Below are positions 1 to 9,081 of a stretch of 32,000 nt of DNA, in pieces. Origin of the DNA: Promethearchaeota archaeon (lineage in GTDB: Archaea; Asgardarchaeota; Lokiarchaeia; Sigyniarchaeales; Promethearchaeaceae); contig JAFGBS010000019.1 in NCBI GenBank assembly GCA_016933055.1, positions 60,001 to 92,000 on the forward strand. The letters are read 5' to 3'. The notes under the pieces are model-generated. The model made no database searches, was not told the origin of the DNA, and worked only from the letters and a program-made list of their open reading frames with translations. Made by a program: the position numbers and the translations under genes. Positions within the stretch are counted from its first letter, which is position 1. The number at the start of each line of letters is the position of its first letter.

Positions 1-55
1 TAAACTTTTTATACTATTTTCTCTGGATGTACGCGATAATATGAGGTAAAAGAAT

Positions 56-1057
56 ATGACACATAAAGTAGCAATAAATGGAATGGGACGTATTGGAAGA
101 GCAACTTTGAAGATATTGATGGATACTCCAGATTTGGAGTTGGTTGCGGTTAACGATATCGTTCCTATCGAGACTATAGAATATCTTTTAAAATATGACA
201 CGGTTTATGGAAAATATAAGAAAAATGTGAAAATACAAGGCTCAAATCTTGTTATTGATGGAAAACCCATTTCCTATAATCAAGAAAGAGATCCTACGAA
301 ACTCCCATGGAGCAAACTCCAAGTAGAACTTGTTTTCGAATGTACTGGGATATTCACAAAGACAGAAGACCTCCGAAAACATATACAAGCAGGTGCCAAA
401 TATGTGGTACTATCAGCTCCCACAAAATCGAGTGATATGCCAACAATTGTGCATGGAGTAAATTCTCCAGAAGGAAAACCGGTAATCTTTTCATGTGCGT
501 CATGTACCACGAACTGTATCACCCCTGTAGTAGAAATTATGGACCGACGCATTGGTGTTGAAAAAGCTATTATGACAACAGTTCATGCATACACTTCTAC
601 CCAATCACTTGTAGATGGTCCCGTTGCAAAAGATGTGAGTCGGGGAAGGGCAGCAGCCTTGAACTTTGTGCCTACTACCACAGGGGCAGCAATTGCGACC
701 ACTTTAGCATTACCCAATTTGAAGGGAAGATTTGACGGTGTTGCAATTCGAGGTCCTGTACCCGTAGGATCTATTGCGGACATAACTTTTATTACAAAAA
801 AAGATACTTCTGCGGAAGAGATCGAAAAGATTTTCAGGGAAGAAGCAGAAACTGAACGCTATAAAGGAATTCTTGGTGTTGCCGATGATCCTATTGTTTC
901 CTCGGATATTATAGGCGATCCTCGAGCTTCAGTCGTAGATCCACGTATGACAACTGTCGTGTCGGGTAATTTAGTTAAAATAATGACATGGTACGACAAC
1001 GAATGGGGTTATTGCCACCAAATGGTACGGGAAGCAATCAAAACTTTGAGAAATTGA
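56..1057 (+). CDS. gap: Glyceraldehyde-3-phosphate dehydrogenase, class I (bacterial/eukaryote type)
   Basis: VAINGMGRIGR Rossmann motif, VNDI, ECTG, catalytic ASCTTNC, TTVHAYT, PTTTGAA, WYDNEWGY. GAGGT RBS at 43-47. Confidence 0.97.
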   Translation: MTHKVAINGMGRIGRATLKILMDTPDLELVAVNDIVPIETIEYLLKYDTVYGKYKKNVKIQGSNLVIDGKPISYNQERDPTKLPWSKLQVELVFECTGIFTKTEDLRKHIQAGAKYVVLSAPTKSSDMPTIVHGVNSPEGKPVIFSCASCTTNCITPVVEIMDRRIGVEKAIMTTVHAYTSTQSLVDGPVAKDVSRGRAAALNFVPTTTGAAIATTLALPNLKGRFDGVAIRGPVPVGSIADITFITKKDTSAEEIEKIFREEAETERYKGILGVADDPIVSSDIIGDPRASVVDPRMTTVVSGNLVKIMTWYDNEWGYCHQMVREAIKTLRN

Positions 1058-1089
1058 AATTACTCTTCTTTGTAGGAGATATTGAACAT

Positions 1090-2295
1090 ATGGTTGAAAT
1101 GAACTTTAAAAGCATAGAGGATTTCGACTTAACTGGGAAGAAAGTTCTACTCAGAGTCGATATAAACTCTAGCATAGATATTGAGAACTATAGTATTCGG
1201 GAGGATCCTCGAATTCGGGCAATTCTTCCCACCCTAGACAGACTGAAAGATTCTGCAGTCGTACTACTTGCTCATCAAAGTAGACCTGGAGAAAAGGACT
1301 TTATCTCCTTAAAACTTCATGCCGATAAGATTGAATCATATCTACCCACTAAAGTGCAATTTATAGAGGATATCTTTGGAGAAAAAGCCATACAAGCAAT
1401 CAAAGAATTAAAGCCTGGAAAGATTTTACTATTAGATAATATTCGAAAATGGGACAGGGAAAATGTGGAGAGTTCTATCGAGGAAGCAGAACAAACCGAA
1501 CTCATTCAAAAACTCAGTCCGTATTTTGATTATTTTATCAATGATGCATTCGGAGCAGCACATCGAGCACAACCCTCATTAATTGGCTGGCCCACCCTTA
1601 TATGTGGACCCTTGGTAAAGAAAGAATTGGATATGGTGAATAAGTTATTGAATCCAGAACATCCCTCTATTATGATTGTAGGTGGAGCCAAAGCCGATGA
1701 TAAATTTAAAGCATTGAAATACAATTTGGAAAAGGGAAATCTGGATAAAGCATTAATTGCAGGATTGACTGCCTCCATGATCTTGCTAGCTAAAGGCGTT
1801 AAACTATCAGAAACCGATACTAAATTAGTGAAAAAATACTCCGATAAACTACAAGGTGATATTCTTGACGTAATGCAAAAATTCAAAGCCCAAATCATGC
1901 TCCCGGTAGATATTGCTACTGAAGAAAATGGTCAGCGGAAAGAAATCTCAATTGATCAATTGAATATAATACCTTATCCAATTGGAGATATCGGAGAAAG
2001 AACTCAAAAATTATATATAAATGCAATAAAATCAGCAAAAACTGTCGTAGCTAATGGACCTCCAGGTATATTCGAAAAAGAAGTATTTCAAAAAGGCACA
2101 TATCGCTTAATTGATGCAATGAATGAATCAGATGCTTATTGCGTAATTGGTGGAGGAGATATGGGCGCGGCTGCAGAGATGTATGGGAAAACTGATAACA
2201 TAACTATTTCTACTGGTGGTGGCGCTTTATTAGATATTTTATCTGGAAAAAAAGTTCCCCTCCTCATAGCATTACAATCTAAACCACCAAAATAA
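1090..2295 (+). CDS. pgk: Phosphoglycerate kinase, archaeal type
   Basis: LLRVDINS, LAHQSRPG, NDAFGAAHRAQPSL, GGAK, NGPPGIFE, GGGD, STGGGA. Start placed at ATG 1090 (GGAGA upstream) rather than 988, which lies inside gap. Confidence 0.96.
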   Translation: MVEMNFKSIEDFDLTGKKVLLRVDINSSIDIENYSIREDPRIRAILPTLDRLKDSAVVLLAHQSRPGEKDFISLKLHADKIESYLPTKVQFIEDIFGEKAIQAIKELKPGKILLLDNIRKWDRENVESSIEEAEQTELIQKLSPYFDYFINDAFGAAHRAQPSLIGWPTLICGPLVKKELDMVNKLLNPEHPSIMIVGGAKADDKFKALKYNLEKGNLDKALIAGLTASMILLAKGVKLSETDTKLVKKYSDKLQGDILDVMQKFKAQIMLPVDIATEENGQRKEISIDQLNIIPYPIGDIGERTQKLYINAIKSAKTVVANGPPGIFEKEVFQKGTYRLIDAMNESDAYCVIGGGDMGAAAEMYGKTDNITISTGGGALLDILSGKKVPLLIALQSKPPK

Positions 2296-2302
2296 TTTTT
2301 TT

Positions 2303-3343
2303 TTAATATTCTTTTTCCAGATTGACTACATTCAAATAGTCAGTGCGTCCCATACAGTACCTTCTGATGTTTTCTATCACCTCATTCCATCGTTGGAGGT
2401 CATCAAATGGCGATGCAGCCCGATGAGGAGACATTACAACGTTTTCTAATTCATGGAACGGATAATGATACGGATATTTCCTCCCGTTGGGATCCGGTTC
2501 AGGGTTATAATCATACCATACATCCAAAGCAGCCCCTGCTAATTTTTGAAATTTCAGACTGTTATAAAGAGCTTTCTCATTTACAACTGGACCCCTGCTA
2601 ATATTTACTAGTAATGCGGATTTATCTGTAGTAAACACATTCATTGCTTCTCGATCTATCAAATTTCTAGTTAATCGAGTCAAAGGCACACCAACAAACA
2701 TAATATCTATCCTTTCAAGAAACATATGCAATTCTTCTGGAGTATATTTTTGGAGTGGGGTGGGATAGTGTTCTTTTTCTTCCCATGATGTTCGTAATGC
2801 GGCAAAATTCAGGGTGAAACCGCTTAAAAATCGATGTATTTTTGAATTTACTTCTCCGTATCCCAATAATCCCACCGTGAGATCTCGCAATGGAATAGTT
2901 TTTGCAAAATCATCACCTCTCCTCCAATCGCCCTCCATCATCCAATAATGATGCGGTATTACTTTATTCATTATTGCTAATAATAAGGCAACTCCATGCT
3001 GAGCAGTAAAATACGTATTCCCGTGTCCATTTATTAAAATAATTTCTCTTGTTGCTGATACAGCTTTAAACAGGTCTATTAAGTGATGAACTCCTACCCC
3101 AGGATTGATAAACAACTTCAGCTTTTTTGCTGATTGTAATAATTCCTTTGTGGGGCGCCATCCTACCATAATATCAGCATCTTTCATATGTTTTGAATCA
3201 GGAGTAAAATCCTCTTCCACATTTTCTGTGAATTCGAGATGTAAATCCTTTATATCACTTAGATTTTGATATAAATAGTCTCGGAGTTCTTTTCGAATAT
3301 TCCAAAGGAACAGTACTTTTTTTCCTTCCATAAAAAAATCCAT
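2303..3343 (-). CDS. D-isomer-specific 2-hydroxyacid dehydrogenase family protein
   Basis: GVGVHH, GNTYFTAQH, GLLGYGEV nucleotide-binding loop, NISRGPVVNEKAL, GAALDVW, SPHRAA. Alternative start at ATG 3331. Confidence 0.9.
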   Translation of the reverse strand: MDFFMEGKKVLFLWNIRKELRDYLYQNLSDIKDLHLEFTENVEEDFTPDSKHMKDADIMVGWRPTKELLQSAKKLKLFINPGVGVHHLIDLFKAVSATREIILINGHGNTYFTAQHGVALLLAIMNKVIPHHYWMMEGDWRRGDDFAKTIPLRDLTVGLLGYGEVNSKIHRFLSGFTLNFAALRTSWEEKEHYPTPLQKYTPEELHMFLERIDIMFVGVPLTRLTRNLIDREAMNVFTTDKSALLVNISRGPVVNEKALYNSLKFQKLAGAALDVWYDYNPEPDPNGRKYPYHYPFHELENVVMSPHRAASPFDDLQRWNEVIENIRRYCMGRTDYLNVVNLEKEY

Positions 3344-3384
3344 GAAGGAATCTTTTTTTTTCTTTCTGATTGATTAGTATTTAG

Positions 3385-4821
3385 ATGACCGTGAACCTTG
3401 ATTTCTTTACCGAACCTACATCTGTCGTGTTGTACGGAATCAGTCGAAAAGTAGGAAAAACTGGATATTTCATTGCAACCAACATGATATCCTATAATCC
3501 TCGACACTTATATGTAATTCATCCAGAAGCTCAAGAGGTACATGGAATTCCTTGTGTGAAGAAATTCAAAGATCTGCCGAGAGATATCAGAAATTCTATT
3601 GATCTGGCAATTATTAGTGTACCTGTTCCATTTGTTACTGATGCCATCCTAGAATGTATCCATTATAATGTGAAAGGTATTATTGTAGGTTCAGGAAATC
3701 TTGGGTTGACTGATATTGATGCTGCAAATAATGAAATGAGGATCATAACGGCCCTCAAGAAACAATTAAACACAAAAACCCGAATTATTGGTCCTAACGC
3801 TTTAGGAGTTTTTAATAACGAAAACAAGTTTTTTACTGCTATCATGACTATGGAAGATTACCCTCCATTTACATCAAATTCTGTTGCCATAATTGCGCAA
3901 ACAGGGTTAATGGTCTCCGGCTACTTAATAGACTTCTTGGAAAGAAAAGATATCGGGATTTCAAAGATCTTTGCAATCGGGAATAAATTTGACATAAATG
4001 AGTGCGACGTTTTGGAATATTTATTAGACGATTCTAATACCAAAGTGATTGCCATGTATTTAGAGAGTATTGTAGAGGGAACTCGTTTCTTTCACTTATG
4101 TAAAACTGCTATTAACGAGAAAGGTAAGATACTCATTCTCTTAAAACCTGGAAAATCTAACCTGGCTAAACAGGCCATTTTGAGTCATACAAAATCCATT
4201 GCAGGGAATGCAGATGTAATAAGGGCAATGTGTTCCCAACTAGGAATCATTCAAGTGGAAGATCTACAAGAATTTATACAAGCATGTAAACTCACATCAA
4301 ATATTCCTCTTCCATTAGGCAATTCCGCAGGTCTTATCTCTATTTCAGGAGCGGGTTGTGTTTTACTTGCTGATCTTGCTGAAGAATATGATTTCACAAT
4401 TCATTCCTTGTCTGAGAAGACAATACACCAATTAAAGAGTGTGTTTCCTGAATGGGTCGACATTTCTCATCCACTCGATATTTGGGCATCTATTGAACAA
4501 TTTCAAACTAAATCATATAATGTGGTTTTGGAATCTTTTCTCTCCGCAGGATATTTTGATTTTATTGTGATGTGCAACATAGGGGGCGTAAGAACGGGCA
4601 TGGATTTTGAGTACATACGTAAACTTCGAATAAAATATCCAAAAATCCCGATTATTTTGCAAATATTTGGTGGATTTCAGAAAAAAAAACAGAAATTTTC
4701 GTCAGAATTCGAATTGGTTGGATCTGAAGATTACATACCCGTTATGTATGATTTACGGAGAATTATGAAGATATTATCTAAGATGGTAAAATTAAAGAAT
4801 AAATTAAAACGAAACTGCTAA
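3385..4821 (+). CDS. ADP-forming acyl-CoA synthetase alpha subunit-like (CoA-binding domain protein)
   Basis: N-terminal CoA-binding fold, IIGPNALG, IAQTG, IGNKFDINE, MYLESI, LKPGKS...SHT with phospho-His, ISGAGCVLLAD, HPLD. Confidence 0.85.
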   Translation: MTVNLDFFTEPTSVVLYGISRKVGKTGYFIATNMISYNPRHLYVIHPEAQEVHGIPCVKKFKDLPRDIRNSIDLAIISVPVPFVTDAILECIHYNVKGIIVGSGNLGLTDIDAANNEMRIITALKKQLNTKTRIIGPNALGVFNNENKFFTAIMTMEDYPPFTSNSVAIIAQTGLMVSGYLIDFLERKDIGISKIFAIGNKFDINECDVLEYLLDDSNTKVIAMYLESIVEGTRFFHLCKTAINEKGKILILLKPGKSNLAKQAILSHTKSIAGNADVIRAMCSQLGIIQVEDLQEFIQACKLTSNIPLPLGNSAGLISISGAGCVLLADLAEEYDFTIHSLSEKTIHQLKSVFPEWVDISHPLDIWASIEQFQTKSYNVVLESFLSAGYFDFIVMCNIGGVRTGMDFEYIRKLRIKYPKIPIILQIFGGFQKKKQKFSSEFELVGSEDYIPVMYDLRRIMKILSKMVKLKNKLKRNC

Positions 4822-4869
4822 CTTAGCATTCCACCTTAATTTAAATACCAATCACACACTTATTTTCTT

Positions 4870-4874
4870 GGTGA
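4870..4874 (+). promoter_or_regulatory. Archaeal Shine-Dalgarno GGTGA preceding putative ATT start at 4882
   Basis: GGTG ends 8 nt before the in-frame ATT. The same spacing (8-9 nt) occurs for the AGGTG sites before the ATGs at 28532 and 30224. Confidence 0.55.
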
Positions 4875-4881
4875 ATTAAAA

Positions 4882-5250
4882 ATTTCAATTTCAAGTTCAA
4901 ATTCATACTGTAATAACTGCAAGAAGGTGGTTCGTACAACACGAAAAGAGATAGATGTGGGTCTCGCAATCTTTTTGTTTTGTTGTACTGGAGGAATTGG
5001 CTTCATTATATACCTGATTATATATTTCTCGGAACCCGAAGATCGATGCGTTTTCTGTGGTCAAAAAACCATACCGTTTACAGGCCAAGAAGTGACATCA
5101 TCCACCAACGAATTATATGGGCAGCCACAACCTTCTTCTTCAAGTTCTCAAAAAACCAATCTAACTATTAATTATTGTCCCAATTGTGGCTCAAAAGCAG
5201 ATCCCGATGCCAAATTATGTGAAATCTGCGGCACTGAATTGGATCAATAA
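4882..5250 (+). CDS. LITAF-like membrane zinc-ribbon protein with C-terminal zinc ribbon (paralog 1)
   Basis: Frame is open from 4840. In-frame YCNNCKK (4906-4926) precedes the called GTG 4927, then a hydrophobic stretch with CC, RCVFCG, an S/Q/P linker and CPNC..CEIC. Start codon uncertain. Confidence 0.7.
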   Translation: MSISSSNSYCNNCKKVVRTTRKEIDVGLAIFLFCCTGGIGFIIYLIIYFSEPEDRCVFCGQKTIPFTGQEVTSSTNELYGQPQPSSSSSQKTNLTINYCPNCGSKADPDAKLCEICGTELDQ

Positions 5251-5267
5251 GAAGGGAAAAAATTATT

Positions 5268-5711
5268 ATGGTGCAGAACCAGCAAGATCGTAAATTTTGC
5301 GTGAAATGTCAAAGAAACGTATTTCCAACACGAGATAAACCAGAAATGGCATTACTAATCTTACTTTTTATCTTTGTAATACCTGGTTTAATTTATTTGA
5401 TATTTTATGGATTTAAACCGAAGAATCGTTGTCCCATTTGCTATTCGGTCGTTTCTGACAAAATTGATTATCACTACCCTCCGTTTCGCAATGGTGATCC
5501 TGATAGTTATGATCCCTCGTTAATTGGAGGAACGGTAATACGGACGGAAAGTACCATTATGAATCCCGAGGGGGATTTTTTGAAGTATATTCCCCCGGTG
5601 GAACAAATTTCTCCCCCCATTCCACGTGAGTATTGCAAATATTGTGGAATGGAATTTCAGGATCCCACAGTGGCGAAGTGTCCGAATTGTGGCACTTCAC
5701 GATCCCTTTGA
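5268..5711 (+). CDS. LITAF-like membrane zinc-ribbon protein with C-terminal zinc ribbon (paralog 2)
   Basis: FCVKC, hydrophobic LLILLFIFVIPGLIYLIFY, RCPIC, Pro-rich linker, then YCKYC..KCPNC. Confidence 0.75.
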   Translation: MVQNQQDRKFCVKCQRNVFPTRDKPEMALLILLFIFVIPGLIYLIFYGFKPKNRCPICYSVVSDKIDYHYPPFRNGDPDSYDPSLIGGTVIRTESTIMNPEGDFLKYIPPVEQISPPIPREYCKYCGMEFQDPTVAKCPNCGTSRSL

Positions 5712-5753
5712 ACCACAATTTTTTTTAGGCTCAAAAAATACACAACCTCAATT

Positions 5754-6218
5754 ATGCCTTTAAAGTTGAATTGGATTCGTGGTAAATACCTAGGAATCAG
5801 TTTATTATTTTTCGGTATCATGGGATTAGTTCAAGCCTTAATTATCATTCCTTTTGGACAATATGGGGTGAATGTCGGCTCTCTTTACATATTAACGTTG
5901 GTTCCTATCGTTTCTACTATATTATTAACCTATAGTGCACAAATACTCTATGAATCCTATGCACAAGCTCCTAAAAAGAGATCATATGGAGATGGAGACT
6001 GGAAAGTCAAAGTGCGAAAACTATTTCAACAGGATTTAGTTCGACCTAATGTCATTGTAATTCTAAGTTTTCTAATTGGTTTTTTCATTTTTTATGGGAT
6101 CTTTAGCGGAATGAAACCCATAACTGCATTTCTCATTGCGGAAAACGTTAGTGCGACCGGTGTATTAGTGTTATCTACTTTATTGGAAAAACGCATTGTT
6201 CCTCCAGAACGATATTAA
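5754..6218 (+). CDS. Hypothetical membrane protein (about 4 TM)
   Basis: Four hydrophobic segments. ATG start, co-oriented and fills the gap between neighbours. Confidence 0.7.
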   Translation: MPLKLNWIRGKYLGISLLFFGIMGLVQALIIIPFGQYGVNVGSLYILTLVPIVSTILLTYSAQILYESYAQAPKKRSYGDGDWKVKVRKLFQQDLVRPNVIVILSFLIGFFIFYGIFSGMKPITAFLIAENVSATGVLVLSTLLEKRIVPPERY

Positions 6219-6314
6219 TACATCATTTCCCATAACTACATGAAATTTTCCCATTCGCGGAATTATACTTCTTGTTCAATAAAATTATAAATTAGACCAA
6301 GTGTGTCACTAAAA

Positions 6315-7073
6315 ATGATGTCAGAAAAATCGGAAGAAAATCACAAAACCGAAATCGGGGTAATTTTTGATCTTGATGGGACAATTTTAAACTCTACAAA
6401 TCTTGTAGCTCGAATCCCCAAAGAATTAGCAAAAAAATACAATGTATCAATCAGTCCATCTGTAAAAAAGGAGATCGAAGAAAAAATACTGAATACATTG
6501 AAAGGGCGGGGCGGTAAATTTATGGTTTTACGTCTCGTCTTATATGTAGCAAAAAAATATCGGGTTCCTTGGCATCTACGGATTAAGTATGTAAAAGATG
6601 CTGGAATACTCTATAAAAAAATGATCAAAACCGTACCTATTTTTCCCGGTGCTCAAGAAACCTTAGAATTTCTGGTAAAGAAAAATATACCTATAGCCAT
6701 TAATACAACATCGAGTAAGCAAGAAGTTCTGGATAGATTTAAAGATCGGGAAGAATTCCTTACCCTATTTAATGGTAATATTATTACTCGCACAGATATA
6801 AGGAAATTTAAGCCCCATCCTGAAAGTATCCACGTTATAAGTCAAAAAATCAAGGTACCTGTTCATAACCTCATCATGATTGGAGACATGGATGCAGACA
6901 TTGAGGGAGGTAAAAATGCGGGATGCATTACAGTGGGTGTATTATCCGGCTATGCAACTAAAGAAAAAATGAAGAATTATAACCCCGATTTTATTATTGA
7001 AAGTATTAAAGATTTACCAGAGATGTTCCCAAATATCTTACAAAAGATAGATTCTTCTCATATCCGATCCTAA
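6315..7073 (+). CDS. HAD-superfamily hydrolase (phosphoglycolate phosphatase-like)
   Basis: Motif I IFDLDGT, motif II NTTS, motif III KPHPE, motif IV IGDMDADIEGG. Start at ATG 6315/6318 rather than GTG 6303. Confidence 0.9.
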   Translation: MMSEKSEENHKTEIGVIFDLDGTILNSTNLVARIPKELAKKYNVSISPSVKKEIEEKILNTLKGRGGKFMVLRLVLYVAKKYRVPWHLRIKYVKDAGILYKKMIKTVPIFPGAQETLEFLVKKNIPIAINTTSSKQEVLDRFKDREEFLTLFNGNIITRTDIRKFKPHPESIHVISQKIKVPVHNLIMIGDMDADIEGGKNAGCITVGVLSGYATKEKMKNYNPDFIIESIKDLPEMFPNILQKIDSSHIRS

Positions 7074-7118
7074 AGTTTATGTCCTCTTATATCATATTAT
7101 TTTCTAGAATTATATCTG

Positions 7119-7697
7119 GTGGAGTTGGACACCATACCCGTTGTTACAATAAAAATAGATGAATCAATGTTTAAAACTCTTAAAGATCTTTTTCCCTATC
7201 ATGGGGATATAAGTCGAGTTATACGCAATGCTATTCGAGCGATAAATAAAGGGATTGAATTCTCCTCTGAGGGGAATATTTCTAAGTTAAATGACGATCC
7301 CGCAGTTTGTATGTCAGTCGCAAATTTCAGCACAATGTTAAATAACATCATGGATAATGACTCTTTGAAAAAAATTGCCATATTAAATGCAGATCATGTG
7401 AATGAACAATTTTACAAGAAGGGAATCCACTCGAAAAATGCCTTAATTACCGTATTTGAATTACTGGAGCTTGCAAATATCTTAAAATACAAAATTATTG
7501 AGCAAGATAATCAATCTAACGCAGTTATTATCTATATAGAAGACCATATATTCTCTCAACGTGCTACCGAACATTATTTTTACGAATACATCCGCTATTT
7601 TTGTAAGATAAACAGACTTAATTTGGAAATTAGTGAATCTGAAAATAATCTCCCCATATTTCGGGTTAGTACTAATGATGGGAGCGTGTTACTCTAA
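7119..7697 (+). CDS. Putative ribbon-helix-helix transcription regulator with C-terminal alpha/beta domain
   Basis: N-terminal beta-alpha-alpha pattern VVTIKIDESMFKTLK...DISRVIRNAIRA typical of CopG/RHH. Stop overlaps the next ATG (TAATG). Confidence 0.55.
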   Translation: MELDTIPVVTIKIDESMFKTLKDLFPYHGDISRVIRNAIRAINKGIEFSSEGNISKLNDDPAVCMSVANFSTMLNNIMDNDSLKKIAILNADHVNEQFYKKGIHSKNALITVFELLELANILKYKIIEQDNQSNAVIIYIEDHIFSQRATEHYFYEYIRYFCKINRLNLEISESENNLPIFRVSTNDGSVLL

Positions 7698-8551
7698 TGG
7701 TATCATCTGCACAATCTCATTTAGGTAAAATACTGGTCATTGATGATGAATTGGCTATAAGAAAAACAGTCGGATCGATGTTACAAAAGCAAAATTATTT
7801 GGTAGAAACAGCAGAGGATTATAATGCTATCAAAGATAAACTATTTGTTTCCAATTATGATGCATTAATTTTGGATATTGTTCTTCCGGATGTAGACGGA
7901 ATATCAATTCTCCATGAAATCAATAAAGCAAACCTCAATTTGCCTACAATTATGTTAACCGGTGCACCTAGTTTAGAAACCGCAAAAATGTCAGTTAAAT
8001 ACGGAGCTTTCGATTATTTAATTAAACCGGTTAAAAAAGAGGTGTTATTAAATGATGTACGTAATGCAATCCAGAAGAAAAGACTTATTGATACGAAAAA
8101 AGCTTTATTAGAGGAACTACATCAAAAAAATGAGGAATTGGAACTTCTCGTTGAACAACGCACTCAAGAACTCAAATTATCCGAAATTCGTCATCGTACA
8201 GTAATTGAATCTGTTAACGATCTGATTGTTATAACGGATGCCGAGGGGCAAATTAAATTTTCCAATGACATTTTCATGGATGAAGTTTCTAAAGTATTCA
8301 ACCGCGATATTCCCTTTAAAGAGGTAAAGGACAAGTTTATTGGGTCGTTTTTTACGATTACAGCACAAATGACTTTGGATGAAGTATTTCAAAGGATAAT
8401 GGAGGGAGGAGAACTAGATGCGTTACCCATTACTCTCAACCATCCACGAACTATGCAATCTCCATTTCTATTACAGGCTCTCATACGAGGTATATTCAAT
8501 GAGGATCTTATCCTTCAAGAAATCATCTTCATCATTAGTAGAAAGCACTAA
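7697..8551 (+). CDS. Response regulator: receiver domain, coiled coil and PAS domain
   Basis: ILVIDDE, LILDIVLPDVDG (phospho-Asp), IMLTG, GAFDYLIKP. Coiled coil LEELHQKNEELELLVEQRTQEL. PAS start RTVIESVNDLIVITDAEGQIKFSN. Confidence 0.9.
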   Translation: MVSSAQSHLGKILVIDDELAIRKTVGSMLQKQNYLVETAEDYNAIKDKLFVSNYDALILDIVLPDVDGISILHEINKANLNLPTIMLTGAPSLETAKMSVKYGAFDYLIKPVKKEVLLNDVRNAIQKKRLIDTKKALLEELHQKNEELELLVEQRTQELKLSEIRHRTVIESVNDLIVITDAEGQIKFSNDIFMDEVSKVFNRDIPFKEVKDKFIGSFFTITAQMTLDEVFQRIMEGGELDALPITLNHPRTMQSPFLLQALIRGIFNEDLILQEIIFIISRKH

Positions 8552-8637
8552 CTGAGTAATATCTCTGTAATTTCCATTAGAAAAATTCTAAAAGCACAAC
8601 TTATTACCTAATTTTTCATCTTTTCCTTTTGAACGAA

Positions 8638-9081
8638 ATGAGTAATGAACAAGTGATATTTCTATTGGCGTATTATGATAAGAAGCTGGGTCCCCAATTA
8701 TTAGGTAAAAAATTCTTGTCCAAACCAGGGATGCCTTCTTTTTCTCGTAATGTGTTACAGAATATCACGGTGGATTCTTTATTGACTCGCTCTAATCCCC
8801 TTATATTGTACAATACGGATAAAAACAACAAACGTTACATAATTCAAGTAATGAAATTTGCAGAAAATTCAGAAATTAGTTCTTCTCTCTTTAGTTCTTC
8901 AATGGCCATTATCTTTTTTATACCTAAGTCAAGTTCGAACACTTTCCCTATTCCTATTCGGAAAGAGTTTGTACATCGAATTTATAATGAATGCCAATGT
9001 GTTGATTCAGCAGAATATTTTGTATTTAATTTTAATTTAGGACTGGAAGAATACCTAAATACGGTTAAATCACAGAGCTGA
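8638..9081 (+). CDS. Hypothetical protein, possible uDENN/longin-like domain
   Basis: N-terminal IFLLAYYDKKLGPQLL resembles the hydrophobic-strand-[FY][DH]xxxGP motif of uDENN/longin folds. ATG 8638 preferred to TTG 8629. Confidence 0.5.
   Translation: MSNEQVIFLLAYYDKKLGPQLLGKKFLSKPGMPSFSRNVLQNITVDSLLTRSNPLILYNTDKNNKRYIIQVMKFAENSEISSSLFSSSMAIIFFIPKSSSNTFPIPIRKEFVHRIYNECQCVDSAEYFVFNFNLGLEEYLNTVKSQS

Noticed and set aside
988-1089. N-terminal extension of pgk in the ORF track
   Set aside because: It overlaps the gap 3' end out of frame, has no PGK similarity, and an RBS precedes ATG 1090.
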